Assembly (NCBI RefSeq): GCF_006345805.1
Contig: NC_043014.1
Span: 44,702,001 to 44,766,000 of the forward strand
Reading direction: 5' to 3'
DNA: 64,000 nt
From: Octopus sinensis
Lineage: Eukaryota
Notes under the pieces: model-generated
Database searches by the model: none
Seen by the model: only the letters and a program-made list of their open reading frames with translations
What the model was told of the DNA's origin: nothing
Program-made: the position numbers and the translations under genes
Shown here: piece after piece, positions 52,136 through 64,000 of the stretch
Numbering within the stretch: the stretch's first letter is position 1
How the letters are laid out: every line of letters begins with the position of its first letter

Positions 52136-52878
52136 TAATAGAGTTTCAGCATCAAAAGCGCCCTCGTTTACATTAAATGCTCTTTTTGTTACTTTGCATT
52201 AAAGTGGTGCGAAACTATTAACACATGTAAAGCACTATTATGAAATAACTTTAGTACAATTAAAAACAGAGCTGGCAAGACCGGTATGATGTCCGATCAT
52301 CGACGGTTTGTATCTTGTCACCGGTGCATATCAATTCAGACAATCTTGCTGCGAATAAGTACCATTAAGGGAAATGCTTACCATTATGGTCGGCAGTACG
52401 TGTTTAGTGAACATAAAATGTTGAGTACAAATCCTTTCTCAAATGCTCTCAGAGAAGGGAAAGCCGATTCTGCCAAGCTCACATGCTCTAAATGTACTAT
52501 ATGAAGACAAAGTTCATAGTAATTACTTGAAATTGATTTAATAATTGTACATGCTACAGCAGCCTTGCACCAGTAGAAGCAGAGTATATGAGGGAGATAA
52601 TGGGACGAAGTATGTTTAAACTCCTATTGTTGCGTGGATGGATCTGCACGGTGCATCATAATAAAAATCGACCTGCACCTTTGTACATTTGTGTTACACC
52701 TGGCAGGTGTTAGCCTTTAGTCGGCTTTTTTTTTTTTTCAGTATCATGTTATTGTTCTTTATCCTTGACAAACGAATGACAAAACATTCCATCCGCGACC
52801 AAACTGCATCTTTTTCAGGGGTTTTATCTAGGACTACACTACATCATTTGTGTCTTTTCATTAGCTAAGACGATAGGG

Positions 52879-53061
52879 CAGTGGTTTTCAACCAGGGTTC
52901 CGCAAGAAGTTACTAAACTGCTAAAATCGGCAGTAATTTTTAATTCTCCTGTGCAGATATGTATGTGTGCATAAGACTATTAAATTATTGCACAGGGGTT
53001 CCTCGAGCCAGTGGAATGTTTCCTTGGGGTTCCGCTCCAGCAAAACGTTTGAAAAGCACTG
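52879..53061. mobile_element. hAT MITE with 8-bp TSD
   Basis: CAGTGGTTTTCAA../..TTGAAAAGCACTG; TSD CGATAGGG at 52871-52878 and 53062-53069. Confidence 0.88.
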
Positions 53062-53276
53062 CGATAGGGTATGATCTGAATAAGATTTAACTGCTATTAC
53101 TAGCAGGTCGAACACGCACATTAAAGCTTTCCAGTTGGTTAGTTAGTTTTTTTCCCCTTTTATCAATATAGGTTAGGGCAACCTGACTTCAGGCGCCGTC
53201 GTCACCTAATTGGCATAAACAAAAGAAAGACATATAACGGATAATAATATTATGAGCAGATATGAATATAACTTAC

Positions 53277-53339
53277 TTTGGTAGCTGGATCGGGCTGGTG
53301 AAGAGCAGCTAGCATTTCTTCGTTCGACAAAGCAGCCAT
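53277..53339 (-). CDS. GLO1: Glyoxalase I exon 1
   Basis: ATG 53339, MAALSNEEMLAALHQPDPATK, phase-0 donor gtaagt. The six exons total 546 nt = 181 aa. Internal exon sizes 83/141/68/90 match my recollection of human GLO1. Confidence 0.9.
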
Positions 53340-54784
53340 GGTTGGTGGTTTACTGAGTTTATAATAACACGACAAGGTGCTTCTTGCTGTTACCGAGATA
53401 AGATGACGAGTGAATGCGCTTGAATTCAAGGGAGATAACTCTGATCTCTTTCACTGACATCAGCTGACGTGAGTGGAATGGCCAATGACTATGAGCAGTG
53501 ATTGAAGTAGATTGCAGTGGATGCAGTAGATTGCAGTGATTACACGTCATAAGGCGGCGAGCTGGCAGAAACGTTAGCACGCCGGGCGAAATGCGTAGCC
53601 GCATTTCGTCTGCCGTTACGTTCTGAGTTCGAATTCCGCTGAGGTCGATTTTGCCTTTCATCTTTTCGGGGTCGATTAAATAAGTACCAGTTACGCACTG
53701 GGGTCGAAGTAATCGACTTAATACCTATGTCTGTCCTTGTTTGTCCCCTCTGTGTTTAGCCCCTTGTGGGTAATAAAGAAATACGTATTTCGTCTGCCGT
53801 TACGTTCTGAGTTCAAATTCCGCCGAGGTCGACTTTGCTTTTCATTCTTTCGGGTCGATAAATAAATACCAATTACGCACTGGGGTTGATGTAATCGACT
53901 TAATCCGTTTGTTTTTCCCTTCTATGTTTAGTCCCTTGTCCCCTTGTGGGTTGTAAAGAAATATATAATCACAGTCATTCTTAACAAAACCAAAAAATGT
54001 ATTGGGAAAATTATTTGATCCATAAATATTATGAGAGAAATCAAAGCCCATAAATCGTTGTTAAGCCGTAGATCAATTCTGCGGTCAGATCTGTTATCAA
54101 AAGCATTCCGTATTTTTTCTTACATATATATTTCTTTACTGCCCACAAAGGGCTAAATACAGAGAGGACAAACAAGGGCAGACATAGGTATTAAGTCGAT
54201 TATATTGACGCCAGGGCGTAACTGGTACTTATTTAATCGACCCCGAAAGGATGAAAGGCAAAGTCGACCTCGGCGGAATTTGAACTCAGAACGTAACGGC
54301 AGACGAAATACGGCTACGCATTTCGCCCGGCGTGATAACGTTTCTGCCAGCTCGTCGCCTTAAAATGAAAGGCAAAGTTAACCGCAACAGGATTTGAAGG
54401 AGTTATTTGTTGTTGAGCTGCGGATCAATTCTAGCAGTCAGATCTATTATCAAAAGCATCCCGTATTTTTCCTTACATATAAGAATACATTGTTCACTTA
54501 AGACAGCATCATGTAGTTCGTGGAAATATCTGGCTGCTATTTTTAGCAGGTTGTGCGCCTATATAGAAGATATTCCTTTGTTTATTTAAGAGATCTTATT
54601 TGGGTAATAGAATTGCTCATTTCGAACTGCTAAGGGAAAATTGTTAAGGTGCAGTTTTAATACGATGCAATTTATTTAGATGGTGAGCTGGCAGAGTAAT
54701 CTGCTCACAGGACAAAATGCTTAGCATTCAAATTCCGTCAAGGTCGACTTTGCTTTTTATCCTTTCGGGGTTGCTAAAAATAAG

Positions 54785-55178
54785 GGATCTTTTCGGTTTG
54801 AACGGCAGATTTTTTTTAAATAATTTCCACGTAACTAAAAAATTTTGAACTTTGTATACTGGTAGAATGTGTTTATAAAACATCTTTTTCTCTTGGCTTT
54901 ATTGAGAACATTCTATAGTTTGTAAGATGTTTGTTGTTTTTTTCTTCAATTACTGAAATTTCAACCAATCAACGACGTCTATTGAGGTGAAAACATTCTG
55001 TGCCGTATGAATATGTCCCTTGTTTAAGAAACAGTTTATTTGTGAAGAAAAAAAATACCCTTCTCCCCTAACCCTAAAACAGATTGAAATGCAATAGATC
55101 GATACTAGGTTCATAATTATGGGTGACAATTTCATATGACACCGCTAGAAAAAACTGCTGTTCAAACTGAAAAGATCC
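54785..55178. mobile_element. GGATC-TIR MITE with 8-bp TSD
   Basis: TSD AAAATAAG on both sides; splits a SINE. Confidence 0.88.
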
Positions 55179-55476
55179 AAAATAAGTACCAGTTGAATAC
55201 TAGGGTCGTTATAATTGACTTATCCCCTCTCCCCAAATTGCTGGCCTTGTGCCGAAATTTGAAATAAATATGATGGAAATATCACTTGCTTTAGAAGTAA
55301 CACCACATGAACTGCAAAGCAAATTTATGATTCTGTGTGACATGTAAATAATCATAAAACTAAAGGAATGTAAAATATATATTACAGCATAAAAATGTAA
55401 ACTATTTATGTCTTCACTCGAAAAATAGTTATAAAATAATTAAAACCAAGTAAAAGGTAAAATATTGTACCAACAC

Positions 55477-55614
55477 TTTATGACTAAGTTAAAAGTATAA
55501 AGAAGACAAATTTTATGACTTAAGTTAAAAGTATAAAGACAAATTTTATGACTATAAGTTAAAAGCATAAAAGACAAATTTTATGACTATAAGTTAAAAG
55601 TATAAAGACAAATT
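55477..55614. repeat. ~34-bp minisatellite x4
   Basis: TTTTATGACTATAAGTTAAAAGTATAAAGACAAA units. Confidence 0.9.
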
Positions 55615-56827
55615 CAGGTTACCAATTAAAACTAATTTTCCTTTAATTTTCTCAATTTCAGCTTCCTACAGAATGACCTACCGTAGTCAAATTACATTCC
55701 ACAAGGCACACGTTTACAGGAAATTTAGCTCTGGAACTGGTGTTATCTTTCTATCTCTCAGAACAAGCTTAGGCACTCCACAGAGTCTGACTTCTGTTGA
55801 TGTTTCTTAACTAGAAGTAAATCCTAATCAAACAAAACTATGATGAAAGACATTCGAATTGTGACCACCCCATCAGAAATATGACTGGGACTACATTATC
55901 CTATACTCTTTTACTCTTTTACTTGTTTCAGTCATTTGACTGCAGCCATGCTGGAGCACCGCCTTTAGTCGAGCAAATCGACCCCGAGACTTATTCTTTG
56001 TAAGCCCAGTACTTATTCTATCGGTCTCTTTTGCCGAACCGCTAAGTGACGGGGATGTAAACACACCAGCATCGGTTGTCAAGCAATGCTAGGAGGACAA
56101 ACACAGACACACAAACACACACATACATATATATATATACATATATACGACAGGCTTCTTGCAGTTTATGTCTACCAAATCCACTCACAAGGCATTGGTC
56201 GGCCCGGGGCTATAGCAGAAGACACTTGCCCAAGATGCCGCGCAGTGGGACTGAACCCGGAACCATGTGGTTGGTTAGCAAGCTACTTACCACACAGCCA
56301 CTCCTGCGCCTATGTATCCTTTTGTTATTGAGGATGGTAGTGGTTAATTTTGAGGGAGATTTAGCAGTGGTTTCTTGCAAATTGTGTGGCATTGTGTGTA
56401 CTCCTTTGTTGACAGTATTCCCCAAGGTCGACTTTGCCTTTCATCCTTTCGGGATCGATAACTTAAGTACCAGTTACGCACTGGGGTCAATGTAATCGAC
56501 TTAATACCTATGTCTGTCCTTGTTTGTCCCTTCTATGTTTAGCCCCTTGTGGGTAATAAAGAAATAAGTATTCAACTACTAACTCATAGTTGATAGGATT
56601 CAAGTACTATCCTAACTCATCTCTTCCTAACTTTTTTAATCTAAACTACTTCCACCCAGAAGTGATCATAAACACTACCAAGAAGCATCCAGAATGTAAT
56701 TGTCCAGAGCTAAAATTACTGACATTGAAAGGAAAATCATACTGCTAAATCATTTCTAATGTTTGTAAAAACAGCATCCAGTCTCACTCTAAAGTCAGTA
56801 TGTACATCAACTTCCTTATATTACACA

Positions 56828-57225
56828 CTAGCAGTATTGCCCGACGTTGCTCGGGTTTGTAAGGGAAATAACTATATAAGCATTTTTAGAGAGTTATAGC
56901 CAAAAAATAGCAAAAAAATGCATTAAAAATGGAAAAAAAATGATGGTAAATTTTTTTTTAAATCGTTGAATCATCGTAGACATTTTTAGAGAGTTACTTC
57001 CCTTATATAATAGCGAAAAAATGCATTAAAATTGGAAAAAATGATGGTAAAGTTTTTTTAAAATCGTAGACTCATCGTAGACGTGCGCTAATACCCAGAA
57101 GGGCTTGATATGAATCACGACTATAAGATACCCGGTTTTGGTTAAACTGCACCGCAAAATGTGGGAGTAGTTAGGAATCTAAATCGTAGGAGACAGACAC
57201 ACAACTTCACTTTTATATATAAAGA
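56828..57225 (-). mobile_element. Non-autonomous Helitron
   Basis: Same termini as 40899-41206. Confidence 0.8.
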
Positions 57226-57807
57226 TTTCTTATCAGTTTTAAATGAAGTCCTATGGGAAGCACTCCGTCGGTTACGACGACAAGGGTGAAGTCCTATAGA
57301 GTATACCAGAACTTACCTATCTTTATTATTCAATGTTTTCATAAGCTACCGGAAACAATTTATATAGGGAAGTATGAACTGGACCAACAGTGTATTTGGC
57401 CAAAGAGTGACTTGGGAGTACCTCGACTTAACCATATTCCTGACTGACTTGCCAAACATCCTTGAATTACTTCTCACTTCGAATCTGAACATCACCATCT
57501 TTTTACTATTTGATTATCTCATGACTGCCGAATAATCATTTTCAGGTGAGTAGACTGCAGCAATGTGAAGTGAAGTGTCTGCTCAAGGACACAATGCCCC
57601 GCCCACACCTGTCCTGTCACTGAATCTATGACATGATTGTGAGCTAAAATATTCTGACCACTAGGTTATGTGCCTTCACTTTATACATACACACTCACAC
57701 CATACTAGCAGAAAAGCTAAATTGTCACTGGACTTGACAGAAATGTGTATCTAATATCTCAAAAACCACACCTAATGTGTTATCTGTCAAGCAATTTGTT
57801 TACCCTG

Positions 57808-57838
<31 letters not shown>

Positions 57839-58268
57839 GCTTCCTGTTTTCTCACACACATACACATATTAGGAAGTTATATGAACTATTAACAATCATC
57901 ATTATTTAACAGACATTAAATGATGATGATGATGATGATCAGTAGTTTATATATGTTCCTAATATATATATATATATAATTAAGAGAAATAACCTCTATT
58001 AAGTAATTCAATAGTGAAAGACATTATCTATATCATATAGAAAAAATTTAAATATACTATAATAAATATTATTCAAAATATCACTAAACTAAATAACCAT
58101 TAAATTGACTATGTGTGTTTCGTGACTATATCTTTAAATCAATAATGATAAAATCGATACTATTAAAATTAATTCGATTTAGAAATATAGCCATTCTTCA
58201 GGTCTAAAATAATAATAAAATTAATGTATGTATCTTAACATATAATAATTAACAAATGAATATAGAAA

Positions 58269-58326
<58 letters not shown>

Positions 58327-58362
58327 GTAATGCAATACTTCGTTGTGCCATATATTTACTTC

Positions 58363-58403
<41 letters not shown>

Positions 58404-58678
58404 AAGCAGTATATAGTTTGGTGATACAGACAAACAGAACTCAAAATATGAATATATATATACATTCTGTTATTTTTTGTTTCAATCATTTGACTGGGGC
58501 CATGCTAGAACACCGCCTTGGAGGGTTTTAGTTGAACAAATTAGCCACAGGACTTATTTTTTTAAAGCCTAGTACTTATTCTATCAGTTTCTTTTACCGA
58601 ACCACTAGGTTATGGGGACATAAACACACCAACAGCGGTTGTCAAACAGTGATGGGGGACACAAAGACACACACATAG

Positions 58679-58709
<31 letters not shown>

Positions 58710-59760
58710 GGCTTCTTTCAGTTTCCGTCTACCAAATTCACTCACAAGGTTTTGGTCAGTCCGAGGCTATAGTAGAAGACATTTGCCCAAGATGGCGAGC
58801 AGTGGGACAGAACCCGGAACCATGTGGTTGGGAAACAAGTTTCTTACCACAGTGACAACTGTGCCTATTATATATATATATATATATATAAATGAAGTTA
58901 AATGCAGGTGTTATTCAAATTCCTTTACTTCCAACACGTTTATATATTTTTTCCCTGTTGTTAACGAGGGAAACACACACACACACATATATATACATAC
59001 ATATATATACATATATATACACACAAATTTATTATTAATCTGGAAAAGTAAAAGAATGAGTCAAGGGCCGAGATTCATGCATTGGTCCTTACTGATAAGT
59101 ACCAATGCACGAATATAGTTTGTTTTTTAATTTATTTAAAATTGAAGTTGAGTTTGCCTGGTTCCTCGAGTTTGACACCACTACAATCTTCAAGTGGAAT
59201 GCCTGAAGACAGGTTGAAATTACAATTCAAAGGTAGGGCCTTGTTGCACTGACTCTGGTAGAGGACTATGTCCCTAGTGATATTTGTTCCTCACCAAGTT
59301 ACAAGTATTCTTTTATCACTGGTGCAGTGAATAAGTGATTGATCTGTTATTTATTGCGAATGAAAAAGAAACGAAAAACCTGGCAGTTTAACACAATGTT
59401 TTTTGGTTTTTTTTTCCTAATATTTAAATTACTCTGACGCTAACCCCTCGGCACGAGATTTCAGAATATAATTCCATTTGCATCTAAAATGCGCTATAGA
59501 AATAAAATCGACTCCTATAATTGCCAAGTCCTTGTTGTCATAGGATAAATCTGATCCCTAACTGTATTTGAACTCTTTAATCCAATACTATGATGAACCG
59601 TGCCTTACTGCATTGACATATCACAAAAACGCGAACTTTTCGAAGCTCAAATTTGCTTTCGCCCTTTTGGGGTCGGTAAAATAAGTACCAGTCGATCAAT
59701 GAGATCGATGTAATCGACTAGCATTTCAGGCCTTGTACCTACAGTAGGAATTGATTATTG

Positions 59761-60179
59761 GGATCCTTTTGGTTTGAACGGCAGTTTTTTCTAGTGGTGT
59801 CATATGAAATTGTCACCCATAATTATGTCCCTAGTATCGATCTATTGCATTTCAATCTGTTTTAGGGTTAGGGGTGGGGGGAAGGGTATCTTTTATTCTT
59901 CACAAATGTAAATAAACCCAATCTGTTTATTAAACGAAGGACATATTCATACGGCACAGAATGTGTTTTTTTTTACCTCAATAGACGTCATTGATTGGTT
60001 GAAATTGCAGAAATTGAAGTAAAACAAACAAACAAATATCTTACAAACCATAGAATTTTCTCAATAAAGCCAAGAGAAAAAGATGTTTTATAAACACATT
60101 CTACCAGCATACGAAATTTAAAAGTGTTTAGTTATGTGGAAATTATTTTCAAAAACTGCCGTTCAAACCGAAAAGATCC
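59761..60179. mobile_element. GGATC-TIR MITE with 8-bp TSD
   Basis: TSD GATTATTG at 59753-59760 and 60180-60187. Confidence 0.9.
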
Positions 60180-60917
60180 GATTATTGTCAACTAGTCAAC
60201 AGAAAAATGATTGAGCAGACCAAATGTATAATCTGAGGTATTTCATCAGTAAACATCCCATTCTTTTCACTAAGGAAATGACACATTATCTAGCATGCTT
60301 TTTAGCTTGTTTAAGTGAAATTTTACCTCACTGTTTCTCATTATTCTATACTATAATATTTATTTCTTTACTACCCACAAGGGGCTAAACACAGAGAGGA
60401 CAAACAAGAACAGACAAACGGATTAAGTCGATTACATCGACTCCAGCGCGTAACTGGTACTTATTTAATCGACCCCGAAAGGATGAAAGGCAAAGTCGAC
60501 CTCGGCGGAATTTGAACTCACAACGTAACGGCAGACGAAATACCTATTTCTTTACTACCCACAAGGGGCTAAACATAGAGGGGAACAAACGGATTAAGTC
60601 GATTATATCGACTCCAGTGCGTAACTGGTACTTAATTTATCGACCCCGAAAGGATGAAAGGTAAAGTCGACCTCGGCGGAATTTGAACATAGCAGCAGAC
60701 GAAATACCGCTAAGTACTTCGCCCGGCGTGCTAACGTTTCTGCCAGCTCACCGCCTTAAAGGTAAAGTTGGCCTCTAACAGATTCGAACCTGGAGCGCAG
60801 GAAGATCGGAATATATCAGATGTTCTAACTCATTAATCTATATTATAATATTATTAAGGGATCTTAGAAAAATGCTCCTTGGAGCTCATTAGCAACAACA
60901 CGAAAACGTAATTGTTA

Positions 60918-60924
60918 CCGGAAG
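60918..60924 (+). promoter_or_regulatory. ETS-like CCGGAAG motif upstream of SARS1
   Basis: Motif ~155 bp upstream of the ATG in a locally CpG-richer patch; motif match only. Confidence 0.2.
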
Positions 60925-61079
60925 CACATATTGAGGCAGGCGCAATTAAGACTTAGTTTATAGTATCTACTCTCACTGTTCCCCCATCGGCCGGCTTGCC
61001 TCCCCCTTTCTCTGTTCAGTCACTTCGTTGGAAGCATTGTTACAATTCTGCTTGGAAAGAAGCACCTGTAGTAACAACG

Positions 61080-61215
61080 ATGGTCCTAGACTTGGAACTG
61101 TTCCGTGCCGATAAAGGCGGTGACCCTGAGAAAATTCGTCAGAATCAAATAAAGCGATTCAAAGATGTAAGCCTAGTTGATGAAGTGTCGGAAAACGACA
61201 AGCAATGGAGAAAAT
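61080..61215 (+). CDS. SARS1: Cytoplasmic seryl-tRNA synthetase, first coding exon (gene continues past the window)
   Basis: [45 protein letters not shown] closely matches the eukaryotic SerRS N-terminus (MVLDLDLFRVDKGGDP). Phase-1 donor gtaagt at 61216. No exon 2 recognised before 64000. Confidence 0.93.
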
Positions 61216-62753
61216 GTAAGTAAATTGATTGATAAAAAGAAAAAAAAAAAAAAGCATTTGCTAATTTCATTTCGCCGCCCGTATTGCATCATTCTCTTGT
61301 ACCTGCTAAGTTATCCCCGGAATACTTTCATTTCTCGTACTAAACCTAACGAAGAAGAAGAAAAATGCTAAATATAACGTATATCTGAGTGATTTAAGAG
61401 ATGCATTTTATTTAATTGAACGACAGCTTAATTTTAATAAATATTATTTTCAATGCATGCGCCAAAAAAATGTTTATTCATTCACATGAACATTTCTCTC
61501 TTTGCACTAAATTTTAATATTAAAAAAATGGTAAAATTTAAGGAGTTCTAACATCATCTTTCGAATTGTATTTTAATATATAACTCCATGGTTGATAATA
61601 ATATGGTAAACTTCATCCTTTTGGGAGTTTTCTTGGCTTGACATAAATAGATAATAAAGAACTTCGGGTTCTGTTAACCAAGGTCCAACTCTACCACAAG
61701 CCTAGACTAACGAGATACATTCAAATGACTATAGACCCGATAATACGTGAATATTTGACAAAACAGCTGTCGTGTCAAATTCTAGATGTTGCTTCTTTCT
61801 CTCTCTCTCTCATTCGTTTATTCCTTAGTAGCTCCGGTTATTTGTGCCTAAATTTTTCAAGTAGTGCACAAGATTCTCACTCAAAATATCAAATCAGTGC
61901 GATAAATAAAATACACTTTCGAAATAGGGTCTTCATAGCAGCCATACTCTCATAGATTTGTGAATCAAAAAAAGACTTTTAAGAAATAATAATGTCTTTA
62001 ACATATAGCTGCCAGGCGTGGCTGTGTGTTAAGAAGCTTGTCTTCTAACCACATGGTTCTGGATTCAGTCCCACTGCGTAGCATCTTGGGCAAGTGTCGG
62101 AAAGACTGTCTTCTACTGTAACCACTGGCTGACCAAAGCTTTGTGAGTGGATTTGGTCGGCGGAAACTGAAACAAGCCTGTCGTACACACACACACACAC
62201 ACACACATATATGTATATGTGGCGGGTGGTGGGGCACAACGAGGAGTTTTCCTGCATTTTTGACTCTGAAACAAAGTATATTTATCTATAAATATTCACT
62301 AGCTTAAAAAAACTATATCGGCTAAGCAAATGGCCTTTCTTATAGCATTATAACTTAATCTGATCACTATTTCAGAAATTTATCACCGTTCTCTTAGAGC
62401 ATGTAAAAGACAAAATTGGATGGGGCAAAATGAGTAACACAAGACAAGGCAATTTTGCCGTTTCAATTCGCCAGAAAACGGACTCCTACACATCAGTATC
62501 CATTGCCCTGGTCATTAATTTTGTTTCCCCACTAGATAAATATATATGTGTGTGTGTATGTTTGTTTCCCACTAGTGCTTGTGTTTATGTCCCCATAAAG
62601 TGGCTGTGTGGTAAGTAGCTTGCTTACCAACCACATGGTTCCGAGTTCAGTCCCACTGCGTGGCACCTTGGGCAAGTGTCATCTACTATAGCCTCGGGCC
62701 GACCAAAACCTTGTGAGTGGATTTGGTAGACGGAAACTGAAAGAAGCCCGTCG

Positions 62754-62788
<35 letters not shown>

Positions 62789-64000
62789 CTGTGTTTGTCC
62801 CTCTAGCATTGCTGGACAACCGATGCTGGTGTGTTTATGTCCCCGTCACATAGTGGTTCGGCAAAAGAGACCGATAGAATAAGTACTGGGCTTACAAAGA
62901 ATAAGTTCCGGGGTCGATTTGCTCGATTAAAGGCGGTGCTCCAGCATGGCCGCAGTCAAATGACTGAAAAGAGTATAATTTAGGGCTTTGGCAAAAGAGA
63001 GTGATAGAATAAGTACCAGCCTTAAAAAATTAGTACTGGGGTTGATTCATTCACCTAAAATTTCTTCAAGGCGGTGCCCCCATTATAAGTATCAGATAAA
63101 AGATATTTGTATAAGACTGAATAGATGCCAATGGAATTATTGTACAAGACTTCATTGTTGGTTCACCGAAGGCTTACTATCCTTCAGACCAGATGAAAAT
63201 TTAGTCGGATGCTTAGAACCTTTATATTGAGAAACAAAGTCACAGTCAATATATTGTACCAAAAGCATGATTCTACTTCAGTATTGTTATTCCCAATATG
63301 AAAAAAAAAAAGACAGCAATTCTTGAAAATATGCAAAGATCAGTAGCATCTAAATTCTATTCCCTTCAAGGCAAAGATTCTTGAGAGGGATTGAAAGCTG
63401 GAGATTTTTTTCTATATAACAGAATGAAGGATATGCTATTTTATATGTGTGAAGAATCTTTGAGAACTTGACCCAATATGACTCCCTGTTTGCATAGTTT
63501 CTTACAATGACAAGAGAAAAGAAAAACCACAGAATCTGCTACTAAACACCAGTTGCTCGAAAAAGCACAAAACCTCAGACAGGGCCACCTTAACAGTGTT
63601 GTAGAGCCCTATGCCATATCCAACCCAAATAATCTACACCATGTAGATTATTTGGGTTAGATATGGCTGGTTTAAATCTTCCAAGTCTCAAATTTAATCC
63701 ATCCCTTTTAATATTTGGAATCATGCCGGTGGCACGTAAAAAGCACCATCCGATCAAGGCCGTTGCCAGCCCCGCCTGGCCCCTGTGCCAGTGGCATGTA
63801 AAAAGCACCATCCGATTGTGGCTGTTTGCCAGCCTCGTCTGGCACCTGTGCTGGTGGCATGTAAAAAGCACCCACTACACTCACGGAGTGCTAGGTGTTA
63901 GAAAGGGCATCCAGCCATAGAAACATTGCCAGATCAGACTGGGCCTGGTGCAGCCTTCTGGCTTCCCAGACCCCAGTTGAACCGTCCAACCCATGCTAGC

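Noticed and set aside
52440-52740. GAAAGCCGA ... TCGGC-poly(T) as a Pol III ncRNA (RNase P/MRP, 7SK)
   Set aside because: No P4 bulged U, no P1 helix and no recognisable conserved regions; likely chance complementarity.
53485-53500. Antioxidant-response element upstream of GLO1
   Set aside because: TGACTATGAGC does not fit the TGACnnnGC spacing.
61216-64000. SARS1 exon 2
   Set aside because: No frame encoding an RFRADNLNKLKN-like sequence behind an AG acceptor was found; it presumably lies beyond the window.

Overview
AT-rich, repeat-dense eukaryotic genomic DNA with GT-AG introns. The SINE/LINE/MITE repertoire and long microsatellites look like an Octopus (coleoid cephalopod) genome; this is inferred from repeat families, not a database result. 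Four spliced genes were reconstructed by hand from splice sites and frame continuity. (A) + strand, 7 coding exons (9388-27947), 358 aa: signal peptide, two divergent CUB-like domains and a C-terminal hydrophobic tail; it is barely visible in the ORF track. (B) + strand, 2 coding exons (30904-37572), 253 aa secreted coiled-coil + C1q-domain protein. (C) - strand glyoxalase I (GLO1), 6 exons (53339-41882), 181 aa. (D) + strand, first coding exon of cytoplasmic seryl-tRNA synthetase (61080-61215), continuing beyond the window. The rest is mostly tRNA-derived SINEs, 3' fragments of CR1 and RTE LINEs, several MITE families, non-autonomous Helitrons and microsatellites. Most long ORFs in the track are translated microsatellites or repeats. 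Best leads: a tRNA-headed SINE-like element whose 3' part carries a Penelope-type minimal hammerhead ribozyme motif (two copies head-to-head); SINE dimers with an identical junction that inserted as single units; inverted near-identical CR1 fragments bracketing exons of gene A; a long-TIR MITE with a 6-bp TSD.
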